Below, piece after piece: positions 15,665 to 25,600 of a DNA stretch of 64,000 nt. The stretch spans positions 123,638-187,637 of the forward strand of contig JAUYQQ010000016.1 of NCBI GenBank assembly GCA_030697165.1, read 5' to 3'. The notes under the pieces were generated by a model. The model saw nothing but the letters and a program-made list of their open reading frames with translations. It did no database searches and had not been told where the DNA came from. The number at the start of each line of letters is the position of its first letter. Within the stretch, counting starts at the first letter, position 1. This DNA is from Acidobacteriota bacterium (GTDB lineage: Bacteria; Acidobacteriota; Vicinamibacteria; Vicinamibacterales; UBA2999). The position numbers and the translations under genes were made by a program.

Positions 15665-17245
15665 TCAAGTCAGTTCGCGGGCAACCACCGCGGCGGCGTT
15701 TGCGCCTGAGCCGCCAGTGAGGCCGGTGCCGGGGTGGGACCCTGAACTGCACAGAAAAAGATCGCGAATCGGCGTGCGGTGACTCCCAAATCCCAGCACC
15801 GGGCGCATGGTGAAGAACTGGTCGAGCGACAGCTCGCCATGGAAAATCTGCCCGCCGGTCAGCCCCCAGCCACGTTCGAGGTCCAGCGGCGTAAGCACCT
15901 GGCGCGCAACGATGGAGGCGGAGAAACCTGGCGCGTACTGTTCGAGCGTGGTGGTGACGATGTCGCCAAGGCGATCGCGTTCGGCATCCCACGTGGTATC
16001 CCTGAGTTGATAGGGCGCAAACTGCGCATAGGCCGACAGCACGTGCGCCCCCGCCGGCGCGAGCGCAGGATCGTCGATCGACGGGATGGTGAACTCGATC
16101 CACGGATGGGTCGAATAGCGACCGTACTTGGCGTGATCGAACGCGCGTTCCAGGTAATCGAGATCGGGCGCCAGGCGAACCCGCGCCGCGAGCATGTCGC
16201 GCGTGGCGCCGGTGAACGCCGGCAGCGACGACAGCGCGAAGTTGACCTTGGCCAGCGTCCCGCGCGAGCGGTAGTTCGAGACGCGCCACGCGAACTCCGG
16301 CGGCAGGTGGTCGGCTTCGCAGAGCGCTAGGAACGTGCGCTTGGGGTCGAGGCCCGACACCACGGCGCGTCCCTCGATGTGTTCACCGTTGGCGAGCGTG
16401 ACGCCCGCGGCGCGGTCGTCCTTTGCCTCGATCCGCGCCACGGCTGCGCCGGTGCGGATCTCGACGCCGTGCCGCTCGGCCGCGCGGCGCAGTGCGCGCG
16501 CGAACGCGGCGGGTCCGCCGGCGATCACCTTGCCGCCCGGCCACGCCAGTGAGCGATTGGCCGCCGCCAGCAGCAACTGCAGGCCGCTGCCGGCTGACCA
16601 CGGGCCGAGCATCGCGCCGAAAATGCCGTCGGCGGCCAGCGTCGCCCGCAGCAGTTCGTTCTCCACCGACTCGCTCACCAGGTCGGCCACCGCCATGGGT
16701 CCCCATCGCAGCAGCCGCCACTGGTCGGCCTTGGGCAGTCCGCGGAAGGCCGACAGCGTGTGCATCAGCGCGAACAGGTCGCGCGCGTTGGGCGCATCGA
16801 TCGAGGGGGGCGCCGCCTGGAACAGCGAGCCGATCAGCCCGCCGAGTCGCCCGAGCGACTGGTGAAACGCCGGCCACGCCTGCGCGTCCTTCGCCGACCA
16901 CGCGGCTAATCCCTCCGCCGTCTTGCGCGGGTCGTTCCACAGGGTCAGCGCGCGCCCGTCGGGCGACAGGCTGCTGACGTCCACCGCCGTGTCGAGAAAC
17001 GTCAGCCCATGCAGGTACAGCTGCAGGCCTTCGACGACATCGCGGCGCACCGGCCCGGCCGCGTGCGCCAGCGTCGGCACGCGAAAGCCCGGCGCGATCT
17101 CGCTTTCGGCGGCGCAGCCACCGACCTCGTCGCGCTGCTCGACTAGCACCGTGCGCACGCCCGCCTTGCCGAGCATGGCGGCGCAGGTGAGCCCGTTCAC
17201 GCCGCCGCCGATGACGATCGCGTCGTAGCGGGCGCGTGCGCTCAT
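15665..17245 (-). CDS. NAD(P)/FAD-dependent oxidoreductase, phytoene-desaturase-like (COG1233 type)
   Basis: ATG 17245 (MSARARYDAIVIGGGVNGLTCAAMLGKAG) overlaps upstream stop (ATGA); C-terminal ...LCSSGSHPGTGLTGGSG... Confidence 0.75.
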   Translation of the reverse strand: MSARARYDAIVIGGGVNGLTCAAMLGKAGVRTVLVEQRDEVGGCAAESEIAPGFRVPTLAHAAGPVRRDVVEGLQLYLHGLTFLDTAVDVSSLSPDGRALTLWNDPRKTAEGLAAWSAKDAQAWPAFHQSLGRLGGLIGSLFQAAPPSIDAPNARDLFALMHTLSAFRGLPKADQWRLLRWGPMAVADLVSESVENELLRATLAADGIFGAMLGPWSAGSGLQLLLAAANRSLAWPGGKVIAGGPAAFARALRRAAERHGVEIRTGAAVARIEAKDDRAAGVTLANGEHIEGRAVVSGLDPKRTFLALCEADHLPPEFAWRVSNYRSRGTLAKVNFALSSLPAFTGATRDMLAARVRLAPDLDYLERAFDHAKYGRYSTHPWIEFTIPSIDDPALAPAGAHVLSAYAQFAPYQLRDTTWDAERDRLGDIVTTTLEQYAPGFSASIVARQVLTPLDLERGWGLTGGQIFHGELSLDQFFTMRPVLGFGSHRTPIRDLFLCSSGSHPGTGLTGGSGANAAAVVARELT

Positions 17246-18822
17246 CGCGGCATCTCCTTCAGGATGCGCGTGGCGGCGTTGCGTCCAGGCGCGCCCATGA
17301 TGCCGCCCCCGGGATGCGTCGCCGAGCCGCACATGTACAAGCGATCAATCGGCGTGGCGTACTGCGCGTAGCCGGGCACCGGCCGCAGGAAGAACAGCTG
17401 CTCGAGCGTCAGCTCGCCCTGGAAGATGTTGCCTTCGGTGAGGCCGAAGTCGCGCTCGATGTCGAGCGGCGTCAGCACCTGCCGGTGCAGAATGATGTCT
17501 TTGATATTGGGCGCGTACTCGGCGATGGTGTCGATGACGGCATCGCCAAACGCCTCGCGCTGGCGATCGTCCCAGACGCCGTCGCGCAGGTGGTAGGGCG
17601 CGTACTGCACGAAGCACGACATCACGTGCTTGCCCGGAGGCGCAACCGACGGATCGGTCAGCGACGGAATCACCATGTCCATGTACGGGCGGCTCGAAAA
17701 CTTCCCGTACTTCGCATCGTCGTAGGCGCGCTCCATGTAGTCGATGCTGGGGGAAATCGAGATGGCGCCGCGCAGGTGCGGACCGGCGCCTGGTAAGCAG
17801 GTGAAGTTGGGCAGTGCGTCGAGCGCGAGGTTCACCTTGCCCGACGAGCCGCGGTACTTGTAGCGCTTCACGCCCTCGACGAACTCGCCCGGCAGGTCCC
17901 GTTCGTTCATGAACTTCAGGAACGTCAGGTTGGGGTCCACGCTCGACACGACCACTTTCGCGTGAATCTCGTCACCGTTGGCCAGCGCGACGCCGGTGGC
18001 CCGGCCGTTCTTGCTGAGAATCTGCGCCACCGCGGCCTCGGTGCGAATCTCGGCGCCGAACTCGCGAGCCGCCGCGGCAATGGCGTTCGACACCGCGCCG
18101 GTGCCGCCGCGCGACAGGCCCCACGACCGGAAGGCCCCGTCGATTTCGCCCATGTAGTGATGCAGCAGCACGTAGGCCGTGCCGGGCGAACGGACCCCCA
18201 GGAAGGTCCCGATGATTCCCGACGCCGACATCGTCGCTTTCAGCACGTCGGTCTCGAACCATTGATCGAGAAAGTCCACCGCGCTCATGGTGAGCAACTG
18301 GACCTGGTTCACCTTGTCGTGGAAGCGCATGTCGCGAAAGCGCTTGCCCATGCCCAGCAACTCGAGCAGGCCGCGCGGGTCGAGCGAGGTCGGGTCGGGC
18401 GGCAGCATGCCCATGATCGGCTTGGCGAACCGGCCCATTTCGACCATGGCCTTGCCGTACTCGTCGTAAGCCTCGGCGTCGAGGCGCGAGTGGCGGGCAA
18501 TTTCGCGGCGGGTCTTGTCGTGGTCGTTGACCCGCCACAAGTAGTCGCCGTTCGGCATGGGCGTCATGGTGCCGTCGAGCGGCAGCAGTTCCATCCCGTG
18601 GCGCGGCAGGTCGAGCTCGCGGATGATCTCGGGCCGGAGCAGCGACACCACGTACGAGCAGACCGAGAACTTGAAGCCCGGGAACACTTCCTCGGTGACG
18701 GCGGCGCCCCCGAGCACGTGCCGCCGCTCGAGCACCAGGACCTTGCGGCCGGCCCGGGCGAGATAGGCGGCACAGGTCAGGCCGTTGTGCCCGCCGCCGA
18801 TAACGATCGCATCGTATTTCAT
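17242..18822 (-). CDS. NAD(P)/FAD-dependent oxidoreductase, phytoene-desaturase-like (paralog)
   Basis: ATG 18822 (MKYDAIVIGGGHNGLTCAAYLARAGRKVLVLE); ...MCGSATHPGGGIMGAPG...; collinear similarity to 15665..17245. Confidence 0.75.
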   Translation of the reverse strand: MKYDAIVIGGGHNGLTCAAYLARAGRKVLVLERRHVLGGAAVTEEVFPGFKFSVCSYVVSLLRPEIIRELDLPRHGMELLPLDGTMTPMPNGDYLWRVNDHDKTRREIARHSRLDAEAYDEYGKAMVEMGRFAKPIMGMLPPDPTSLDPRGLLELLGMGKRFRDMRFHDKVNQVQLLTMSAVDFLDQWFETDVLKATMSASGIIGTFLGVRSPGTAYVLLHHYMGEIDGAFRSWGLSRGGTGAVSNAIAAAAREFGAEIRTEAAVAQILSKNGRATGVALANGDEIHAKVVVSSVDPNLTFLKFMNERDLPGEFVEGVKRYKYRGSSGKVNLALDALPNFTCLPGAGPHLRGAISISPSIDYMERAYDDAKYGKFSSRPYMDMVIPSLTDPSVAPPGKHVMSCFVQYAPYHLRDGVWDDRQREAFGDAVIDTIAEYAPNIKDIILHRQVLTPLDIERDFGLTEGNIFQGELTLEQLFFLRPVPGYAQYATPIDRLYMCGSATHPGGGIMGAPGRNAATRILKEMPR

Positions 18823-18825
18823 CAG

Positions 18826-18887
18826 GACGCCGGGTTCATTTTTCCTCGGATTGCCGTCACAGCCACACGAAAAATGAACCCGGCGTC
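18826..18887. repeat. Perfect 19-bp inverted repeat GACGCCGGGTTCATTTTTC / GAAAAATGAACCCGGCGTC with 24-nt loop
   Basis: Arms 18826-18844 and 18869-18887; right arm contains ATG 18874; sister element at 56735-56785. Confidence 0.85.
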
Positions 18888-20097
18888 TTATACTCCTCTC
18901 GTGCCCGTTGGTTCCGCCTTCCACGCCCGCACCCGCGAACTGTGCGAAAGCCTCAGCTATCGCGACTGGGCCGGCTATTACGCCGTCAGCGCCTACGAGA
19001 CGCACTACGAGCACGAATACAACGCCCTGCGCAATGCCTGCGGCCTGATCGACATCTCCCCGCTGTTCAAATACCGCGTGTCGGGCAAGGATGCGACCCG
19101 CCTGGTGAACCGCATCATCACGCGCGATGCCGCGAAGATGGCCGTCGGGCAGGTCTATTACACCCCCTGGTGCGATGACGATGGGAAGGTCATCGATGAT
19201 GGGACGGTGACGCGGGTGGGGGAGCAGTCGTATCGGTGGACGGCCGCGGACCCGAGCTTGCGCTGGTTGACGCAGAACTCGTCTGGCCTCGACGTCCAGG
19301 TCGATGACGTGTCGGAGCAGGTGGCCGCCCTGGCACTGCAGGGACCAACCTCGGCCGCACTGCTGCGCCGCGTCTGTACGGCCAACCTCGATTCGCTGCG
19401 CTACTTCCGCGCCACCAGCGGCACCATTGCCGGCATTCCGGTGGACATCTCGCGCACGGGTTATACCGGCGACCTTGGCTATGAAATCTGGCTGCCGTGG
19501 GATGCGGCGTTGCAGGTCTGGGACGCGATCGTGTCGGCCGGTCCCACGTTCGACCTGCACCCGGTCGGCATGCTCGCGCTCGACATCGCGCGCATCGAGG
19601 CCGGACTGTTGCTGATCGACGTGGACTTCCACGGCAGCCGCAAGGCCCTGATCGAGTCGCAGAAGTACACGCCGTTCGAACTGGGCATGGCTCGGCTGGT
19701 GGACATGAAGAAAGGTCCGTTCATAGGCCGCAAGGCGATTGCCGAAGAGGTCCGTCGCGGGCAGGCGCGGCAGATCGTCGGGCTCGAGCTCGAGTGGACG
19801 GATGTGGAGAAGCTCTACGAGGCGGTTGGACTGCCGCCGACCGCACCCGCCGGCACGTCACGCGTGGCCGTACCGGTCTACAACGGCAGCACGCAGGTGG
19901 GCCGCGCAACCTCCACCACCTGGTCGCCGGTCCTGAAGAAGCTGATTGCGCTGGCGACCATCGACGCGCCGCATTTCGCCATGGGAACGCGCCTGGAAAT
20001 GGAAATGACGGTGGATGCGGTGCGGCATCGGGCGAAGGCGTCGGTCGTGCCGACGCCCTTCTTCAACCCGCCTCGGAAGACGGGAATATCCGGCTAA
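18874..20097 (+). CDS. Aminomethyltransferase-family (GcvT-like, folate-binding) protein
   Basis: ...EYNALRNACGLIDISPLFKYRVSGKDA...SRTGYTGDLGYEIW... as in glycine-cleavage T / DMG-oxidase C-terminal family; start uncertain (ATG 18874 or GTG 18901). Confidence 0.7.
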   Translation: MNPASYTPLVPVGSAFHARTRELCESLSYRDWAGYYAVSAYETHYEHEYNALRNACGLIDISPLFKYRVSGKDATRLVNRIITRDAAKMAVGQVYYTPWCDDDGKVIDDGTVTRVGEQSYRWTAADPSLRWLTQNSSGLDVQVDDVSEQVAALALQGPTSAALLRRVCTANLDSLRYFRATSGTIAGIPVDISRTGYTGDLGYEIWLPWDAALQVWDAIVSAGPTFDLHPVGMLALDIARIEAGLLLIDVDFHGSRKALIESQKYTPFELGMARLVDMKKGPFIGRKAIAEEVRRGQARQIVGLELEWTDVEKLYEAVGLPPTAPAGTSRVAVPVYNGSTQVGRATSTTWSPVLKKLIALATIDAPHFAMGTRLEMEMTVDAVRHRAKASVVPTPFFNPPRKTGISG

Positions 20098-20172
20098 AGC
20101 CGGATGCTACATTGCTGACCGGGTCTGCCTGAAGGCGGACACCACATCTGTAGCGTCCGGCTTTAGCCGGAC
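20086..20172. repeat. Inverted pair of TCCGGCT(A/T)(A/T)AGCCGGA hairpin elements
   Basis: Copy A 20086-20112 (contains the TAA stop of the GcvT-like gene); copy B 20150-20172 (GTAGCGTCCGGCTTTAGCCGGAC); further copies at 26976-27004 and 55032-55060. Confidence 0.8.
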
Positions 20173-20186
20173 TATGCCGAGCCGGA

Positions 20187-20549
20187 CTACTTGCCTAGGC
20201 GAGCTTTGCGCGCGGCGATGAAAGACTGCACGCCCAGGTAGACGTAGACAATCAACAGCGCCGCCATCACGATCTGCGACATCACGGCCGGCCGGGTCGC
20301 GCCGCCGTCCATCACCGCCGGAATGGCCCGCCCGAGCGACGCCAGCGCGCCGATCAAGCCCACCGCCACCGCGACGTGCATGGCGTGCTTGCGCATGGAC
20401 TCGGTCCGGGCGACGAGCGCGCAGATCACGAAGATCGCGCCGAAAATCGCCGGGATGAGCGCGGTCATGCTCGTTCGTCCGGTCGCCACGTAACTGGCGA
20501 TGCCGAGCACGAGCAGGATGAGGCCGAACAGGCGTGTGGTGGATGGCAT
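20187..20549 (-). CDS. Small integral membrane protein (about 4 TM helices), function unknown
   Basis: ATG 20549: MPSTTRLFGLILLVLGIASYV...; four hydrophobic stretches; 120 aa. Confidence 0.55.
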   Translation of the reverse strand: MPSTTRLFGLILLVLGIASYVATGRTSMTALIPAIFGAIFVICALVARTESMRKHAMHVAVAVGLIGALASLGRAIPAVMDGGATRPAVMSQIVMAALLIVYVYLGVQSFIAARKARLGK

Positions 20550-20583
20550 GGCAGTCACATAATACTCTCGCCCGGTTCGTCTT

Positions 20584-20660
20584 GTGAACTGAACCCTCGT
20601 GATTGAACCTTCGTGATTGAACCTTCGTGATTGAACCCTCGTGATTGAACTATCGTGATC
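20584..20660. repeat. Five tandem 14-bp units GTGATTGAACCyTC ending 2 nt before ATG 20663
   Basis: gtgaactgaaccctc gtgattgaaccttc gtgattgaaccttc gtgattgaaccctc gtgattgaactatc gtgatc; divergent intergenic region. Confidence 0.8.
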
Positions 20661-20662
20661 AA

Positions 20663-21487
20663 ATGAAGCTTGCACTCATCCAGCAACACGCCACCGCCGA
20701 CAAGACCGCCAACGTCGCGCGCGGCCTCGCGGCGCTCGACACCGCCGCGCAGAACGGCGCCCAACTGGCGTGCTTCGCCGAACTGGCGTTCGAGTGGTTC
20801 TACCCGCAGCGCCCGGCCGAACTCGGGTTTCGCGACCTGGCCGAGCCGCTCGACGGACCGACCGTGAAAGCGTTCCAGCAGAAGGCCTGCGAGCTGGGCA
20901 TGGTGGTGGTGATTAACCTCTACGAGCGTGAGGGCGACCAGACCTTTGACAGCTCGCCGGTGATCGACGCCGATGGCACACTGCTCGGCGTGACCCGGAT
21001 GATTCACATCACCGAGTACCCGTGCTTCCACGAACAGGGTTACTACACCCCCGGCGACAAGGGCGCGCCGGTGTTCAAGACCAAGGTTGGCAATGTTGGC
21101 GTGGCGATCTGCTACGACCGTCACTTCCCGGAGTACATGCGAGCCCTCGCCGTGAACGGCGCGGACCTGGTGATCGTGCCGCAGGCCGGCGCCGTGGACG
21201 AATGGCCCGAGGGGCTCTACGAAGCCGAGATGCGGGTCGCCGCCTTCCAGAACGGGTACTTCACCGCGCTCTGTAACCGGGTCGGGAAAGAGGAGTGCCT
21301 GGACTTTGCGGGTGAGTCCTTCGTGTGCGGCCCCGACGGAGAAGTGCTCGCGCGCGGCGCGAAAAGCGCCGACGACATCGTCTATGCCGAGGTCGATCTG
21401 GCCAAGACGGCCGACTCAAACGCGCGGCGCCTATTCATCAAGCATCGCCGGCCCGAACTCTACGCCGGCTGGATCAAAGAAAAGTAA
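20663..21487 (+). CDS. Carbon-nitrogen hydrolase (nitrilase superfamily) protein
   Basis: ATG 20663 MKLALIQQ...; catalytic-type motifs CFAELAF (Glu) and VGVAICYDRHFPE (Cys). Confidence 0.75.
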   Translation: MKLALIQQHATADKTANVARGLAALDTAAQNGAQLACFAELAFEWFYPQRPAELGFRDLAEPLDGPTVKAFQQKACELGMVVVINLYEREGDQTFDSSPVIDADGTLLGVTRMIHITEYPCFHEQGYYTPGDKGAPVFKTKVGNVGVAICYDRHFPEYMRALAVNGADLVIVPQAGAVDEWPEGLYEAEMRVAAFQNGYFTALCNRVGKEECLDFAGESFVCGPDGEVLARGAKSADDIVYAEVDLAKTADSNARRLFIKHRRPELYAGWIKEK

Positions 21488-21550
21488 CAGGAGATATAGA
21501 GATCAGAAATCTTGAATATCTGATCTCTTGATCTCTTGATCTCCTTTGAT
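21486..21550. repeat. AT-rich imperfect palindrome of the AACAGGAGAT...GATCTCCT family
   Basis: aacaggagatatagagatcaga...tctgatctcttgatctcttgatctcct; between convergent genes; supplies the last ~14 codons of the Rieske ORF. Confidence 0.8.
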
Positions 21551-22642
21551 CTTTTTAAGCACGAACTGATCGAACTCCCACAGTTGCTGTTCGCGCGCCG
21601 AGTAGGGGCCCGGCTGGTAGCCGCGCGAGCTGATGCCCTGGTACGACTGCTCCGAGATGGCCCAGTCCTCGCGATTGGTGCGGTCCCAGAACTCGATCGC
21701 GTCCTCGTAGACGAACCCCGGCTTCGCGATCTCGTCAGGATGGAAGTGCCACTCGGCCACCAGCCGGGTCCGGCCGGGACTCTGCGGCCAGATGGTGATG
21801 GTCATCATGTAGTCGGGATGCAGCGTGAGCAGGAAGTTCGGGTAGATCGCAAAGTAGTTGACCAGGTCCCGCTCGCGCTCGCCGAGGCCCGGCAGCACGG
21901 CGCGGCGGCGCTTGCCGTCGGTGCTGAGCGTCTCGACCCCGTCCTTGAAACCCATCGCCCCGCCGCAGTAGGTCTCGGTTGACGGCACGTTCTCGGCGCC
22001 GAGGTAATGGTGCATCCGGTTCAGCAGCGGATGGATCACCGGGCAGTGCAGGCACTCGTTGTAGTTCTGCACCACCAGCTTCCAGTTCGTCGCCACGTCA
22101 TACTGGATGCGGTGGACCATCCGCAGGTCCTGCATGCCGTACGATGCAAAGCGCTCGGGCAGGCCGTGGATCTGATCGTGAAGCGGCGGCGGCGCGTCCG
22201 ACAGGTTGATGAAGATGTGCCCGTCCCACGTTTCGCACGCGGCCGGGCGCAGCGGGTAGGCCGCCTTGTCGAACCCCGGGGCGGCGTCCATTTGCGGCGC
22301 GGCCAGCAACGCGCCGTCGAGTCCGTAGGTCCAGGCGTGATACGGACACTGGATGCTGCCGGCGAACGTCCCTTCGTCGGTCACGCACAGGCGTGTGCCA
22401 CGGTGGCGGCAAACGTTATGAAACGCCGCGAGCCGGCCATCGGCGCCGCGCACCACGATCACGCTCGCGCCTGCAATGTCGCGGGTGATGAACGCGCCTG
22501 GCTGCGCCAGCTCGGGCGCACGGCCGACGGCCAGCCACATCCTCGCGAAGATCCGGTCGCTCTCGGACTGGAACCACGCCGGATCGGTATACGCGCGGGC
22601 CTCGAGCGTGGTGCGCGCGCGGCCCGGGGAAGTGGTGCTCAT
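21503..22642 (-). CDS. Rieske [2Fe-2S] ring-hydroxylating oxygenase alpha-subunit-like protein
   Basis: ATG 22642; Rieske motif CRHRGTRL...CPYHAWTY; C-terminal catalytic-domain His residues (NECLHCPVIHP). Confidence 0.8.
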   Translation of the reverse strand: MSTTSPGRARTTLEARAYTDPAWFQSESDRIFARMWLAVGRAPELAQPGAFITRDIAGASVIVVRGADGRLAAFHNVCRHRGTRLCVTDEGTFAGSIQCPYHAWTYGLDGALLAAPQMDAAPGFDKAAYPLRPAACETWDGHIFINLSDAPPPLHDQIHGLPERFASYGMQDLRMVHRIQYDVATNWKLVVQNYNECLHCPVIHPLLNRMHHYLGAENVPSTETYCGGAMGFKDGVETLSTDGKRRRAVLPGLGERERDLVNYFAIYPNFLLTLHPDYMMTITIWPQSPGRTRLVAEWHFHPDEIAKPGFVYEDAIEFWDRTNREDWAISEQSYQGISSRGYQPGPYSAREQQLWEFDQFVLKKIKGDQEIKRSDIQDF

Positions 22643-22651
22643 CCGGGAATC

Positions 22652-25600
22652 ATGATACAACCGGCGTTCGATCCTTCCAGTTTGCCCGTGCCACGTTCGA
22701 ACCTTCACTACGGACACCTGACGCTCGGTCTCGCCGGTAGCGTGATCATGCTGGCCCTCGCGGCACAGGCCGTCCTGCTCGCGCAACCACGCGAACTGTT
22801 CGCGCAAGCACCCGCCCTCGAGACCGTCGCCGCCATCCGCGAGCGCGCGGCGTGGACGCCGTCGAAAGAAGTGGTGCGCGTGCAGGGTGTCGTGACCCTG
22901 AGTGACGGGCGCCGCGCGTTGCTGTTTGTGCAGGATGCGACCGGCGGCGTGTTTGTGGACCCCGCGGCCCCGGCGGGGAACTGGGCCGGCAGCGATGTCG
23001 TGGCGGTAACCGGCACGGCGGTGATGACGAGCCGTGGTCCCACCATTGTCGGCGCCCGCGTCGAGCCCGTGGCTCCTGGTGTGATGCCGGAGCCGCGAGC
23101 GCTGTCGGCACTAGCGGGACGGGCGATGGCCGCCGACGCCAGCCTGATCGCGATTGAGGGCGTGGTGCGCGCCGTCCGGCCGTCCGCCCAGGGCGTTGAA
23201 GCCACCATTCGCACCGCCGACGGCACGCTGACGCTGGTGCTGCCGGCGCCGGCCGGAGCCGGCGAGACGCCGGTCGATGCGGTGATCCGCGCCGAGGGCG
23301 TGTTGTCGCACGTGATGGCCGGCGACCGGTCGCTGCAGCGCCGCGAGCTGATCGCGACCTCGCCTGTTGGCATGGTGAGCGCACCGCCGTCCCAACCGTT
23401 TCAACTACCCGAGCTGGCGGTGGCCGACCTCCGCCGGCCGCTGTCGGGAAACCAGCTGATCCGGCGCGGACGTGTCAGCGGCGTGGTCACCCGCCAACGC
23501 GTCGGCCGCTCGCTGCACGTGCGGACCGCGACGCTGCCGATTCGCGTCGAATCGGAGCAGGCCACTGCGGTGGCGCCAGGCGACCGCGTTGACGTGGTGG
23601 GATTTCCTGAGCTCGACGGCTTCAGCCCGTTCATGGCCGACGCGATGTTCCGGCGCGTGGAGTCAGGCCCTGCGCCGGCGCCGGTTGAGGCCACGATCGG
23701 CGAGTTGAGTGATGGCTCGCGAGACGCCGAACTGGTGCGGGTCGAGGGCACTTTTCTCACGGGCGAACGCGGGCGCGACGAGCACACGCTGGTCATCCAG
23801 GACGGCGACCTGGTCTTCAATGCGTACGTGCCACTGGGCGAGGCGTCGCGGCTGCCAGGCGGACTGCGCCGCGGCCAGCGGGTACAACTCACCGGCATTT
23901 GCGCGGTCATTGTCGATAGCGACCGCGTGCCGCGCTCGTTCCGGCTCCAGCTGCGCGATGCGGCGGACGTGGCCATCGTGGCGCCGGGCCCGCCCATGCC
24001 GCTGGCCTCGCGCGTCCCCTGGTGGGCGTGGCTCAGCATTGCCCTGGCCGCCGTGGCGGCGGGCGCCGCGGGCTTCGTCTATCGCGCCGGCCGGGCCAAG
24101 GAGCAGACCATTCGCCGCCAGCTCGCGCGTGAGTCGGCCCTCAAGGCGCGCTTCGACGACCTGTTCGAGCGCTCGAGCGAGATCCTGATCGTGCACGACC
24201 GCCGGGGCCGGGTCTCGACGCTCAATCGCGCCGGCGAGCAGGCCACCGGCTACTCGCGCGAAGAGCTGCGGATGCTCGACCCGAACTGGATCTTCGGCGC
24301 CGACTATCTCGACGCGATTACCCGGATGATCGCCGAGGGCACCGACAGCACGCCACGGGCGTTTCGATCGGAGCTGGTGCCGAGGCGCGGGACCCGTGTG
24401 CCGATCGATGTGCACGCCAGGGTACTGGTCGGCGACGGCCAGGTAGTGGGTGTGACCGCGATTGCCCGCGACCTGAGCGAGCGCGACCGTCTCGAGAACG
24501 AGTTGCGGCAGGCGCAGAAGATGGAAGCCGTCGGGCGCCTGGCCACCGGCATCGCCCACGACTTCAACAACCTGATCACGGTGTTGCTCGGCTACAGCGA
24601 CGAGTTGATCGAGCAGGTGCCGGAAGGTTCAGATTGGCAGCGTTCGGCCATCGAGATTCGCCGCGCCGCCGAACGCGCCTCGGGCCTGACCCAGCAGTTG
24701 CTGTCGTTCAGTCGCCGGCAGGCGGCGGTCGCCCACACCGTGGACCTGAACCTGGTCGTGGCCAATATGGAGGACCTGATCCGGCGGTTGCTCGGTCCCG
24801 AGATCCGCCTCGAGTTCTCGCTCGACCCGAACCTGGCCACCATTCGCGCCGACGGCGCGCAGATCGGTCAGGTGGTGATGAACCTGGTGGTCAACGCCCG
24901 TGACGCCATGCCCAAGGGCGGCGTGCTGGCCATCGAGACCGCGAATGTCGAGCTTGGCAGCGAGCATCTCGACGTCATTCCCGGGCCTCACGTCAGCCTG
25001 TGCGTGCGCGACAGCGGCGTCGGCATGGCGGCCGACGTTCGCAACCGCCTGTTCGAGCCGTTCTTCACGACCAAGGAATCGGGCCAGGGCACCGGGCTGG
25101 GGCTGTCGCTGGTGCAGGGCATCGTCCGGCAAAGCGGCGGGCACATCGTGGTCGAGAGCCAGCCCGGCGCCGGCAGTGCGTTCCACGTGTACTTCCCCCG
25201 CCAGGTCGATGAGGCGCCGGCGCCGCTCATTGCGCCACCGGCGGCGGTCAGTTCGGTCTCGGTCAAGGGCGAGGGCACCGTGCTGCTGGCCGAAGACGAC
25301 CGGCCGGTGCGCCGGCTGGTGGTGACGGAACTGGGCCGCCGCGGCTTCACGGTGCTCGAAGCCGAGGATGGCCGTGCCGCGCTCGACCTGTTCCTGCAGC
25401 ACCAGGACACCATCGACATCGTCGTCACCGACGTCGTCATGCCGCGCATGAACGGCGCCGACCTGGCGAAGGAGGTCGAGAGGATTCGCCCCGGCACCAA
25501 GCTCCTGTTCATCTCCGGTCATCCCGAACGCGCCGGCTCCGGCGTGGATCCCACCGGAGTCACCAACCTGCTGATGAAGCCGTTTACGGCCGACACGCTC

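Noticed and set aside
18823-18873. Glycine riboswitch upstream of the GcvT-like gene
   Set aside because: The gap is only 51 bp and is taken up by a simple perfect hairpin. No tandem aptamer-like conserved cores are present.
22007-22651. N-terminal 215 codons of ORF 22007..25660 (the hybrid kinase ORF as given in the track)
   Set aside because: This part is antisense to the Rieske oxygenase gene and has no kinase-related features. The kinase most likely starts at ATG 22652 or 22748.
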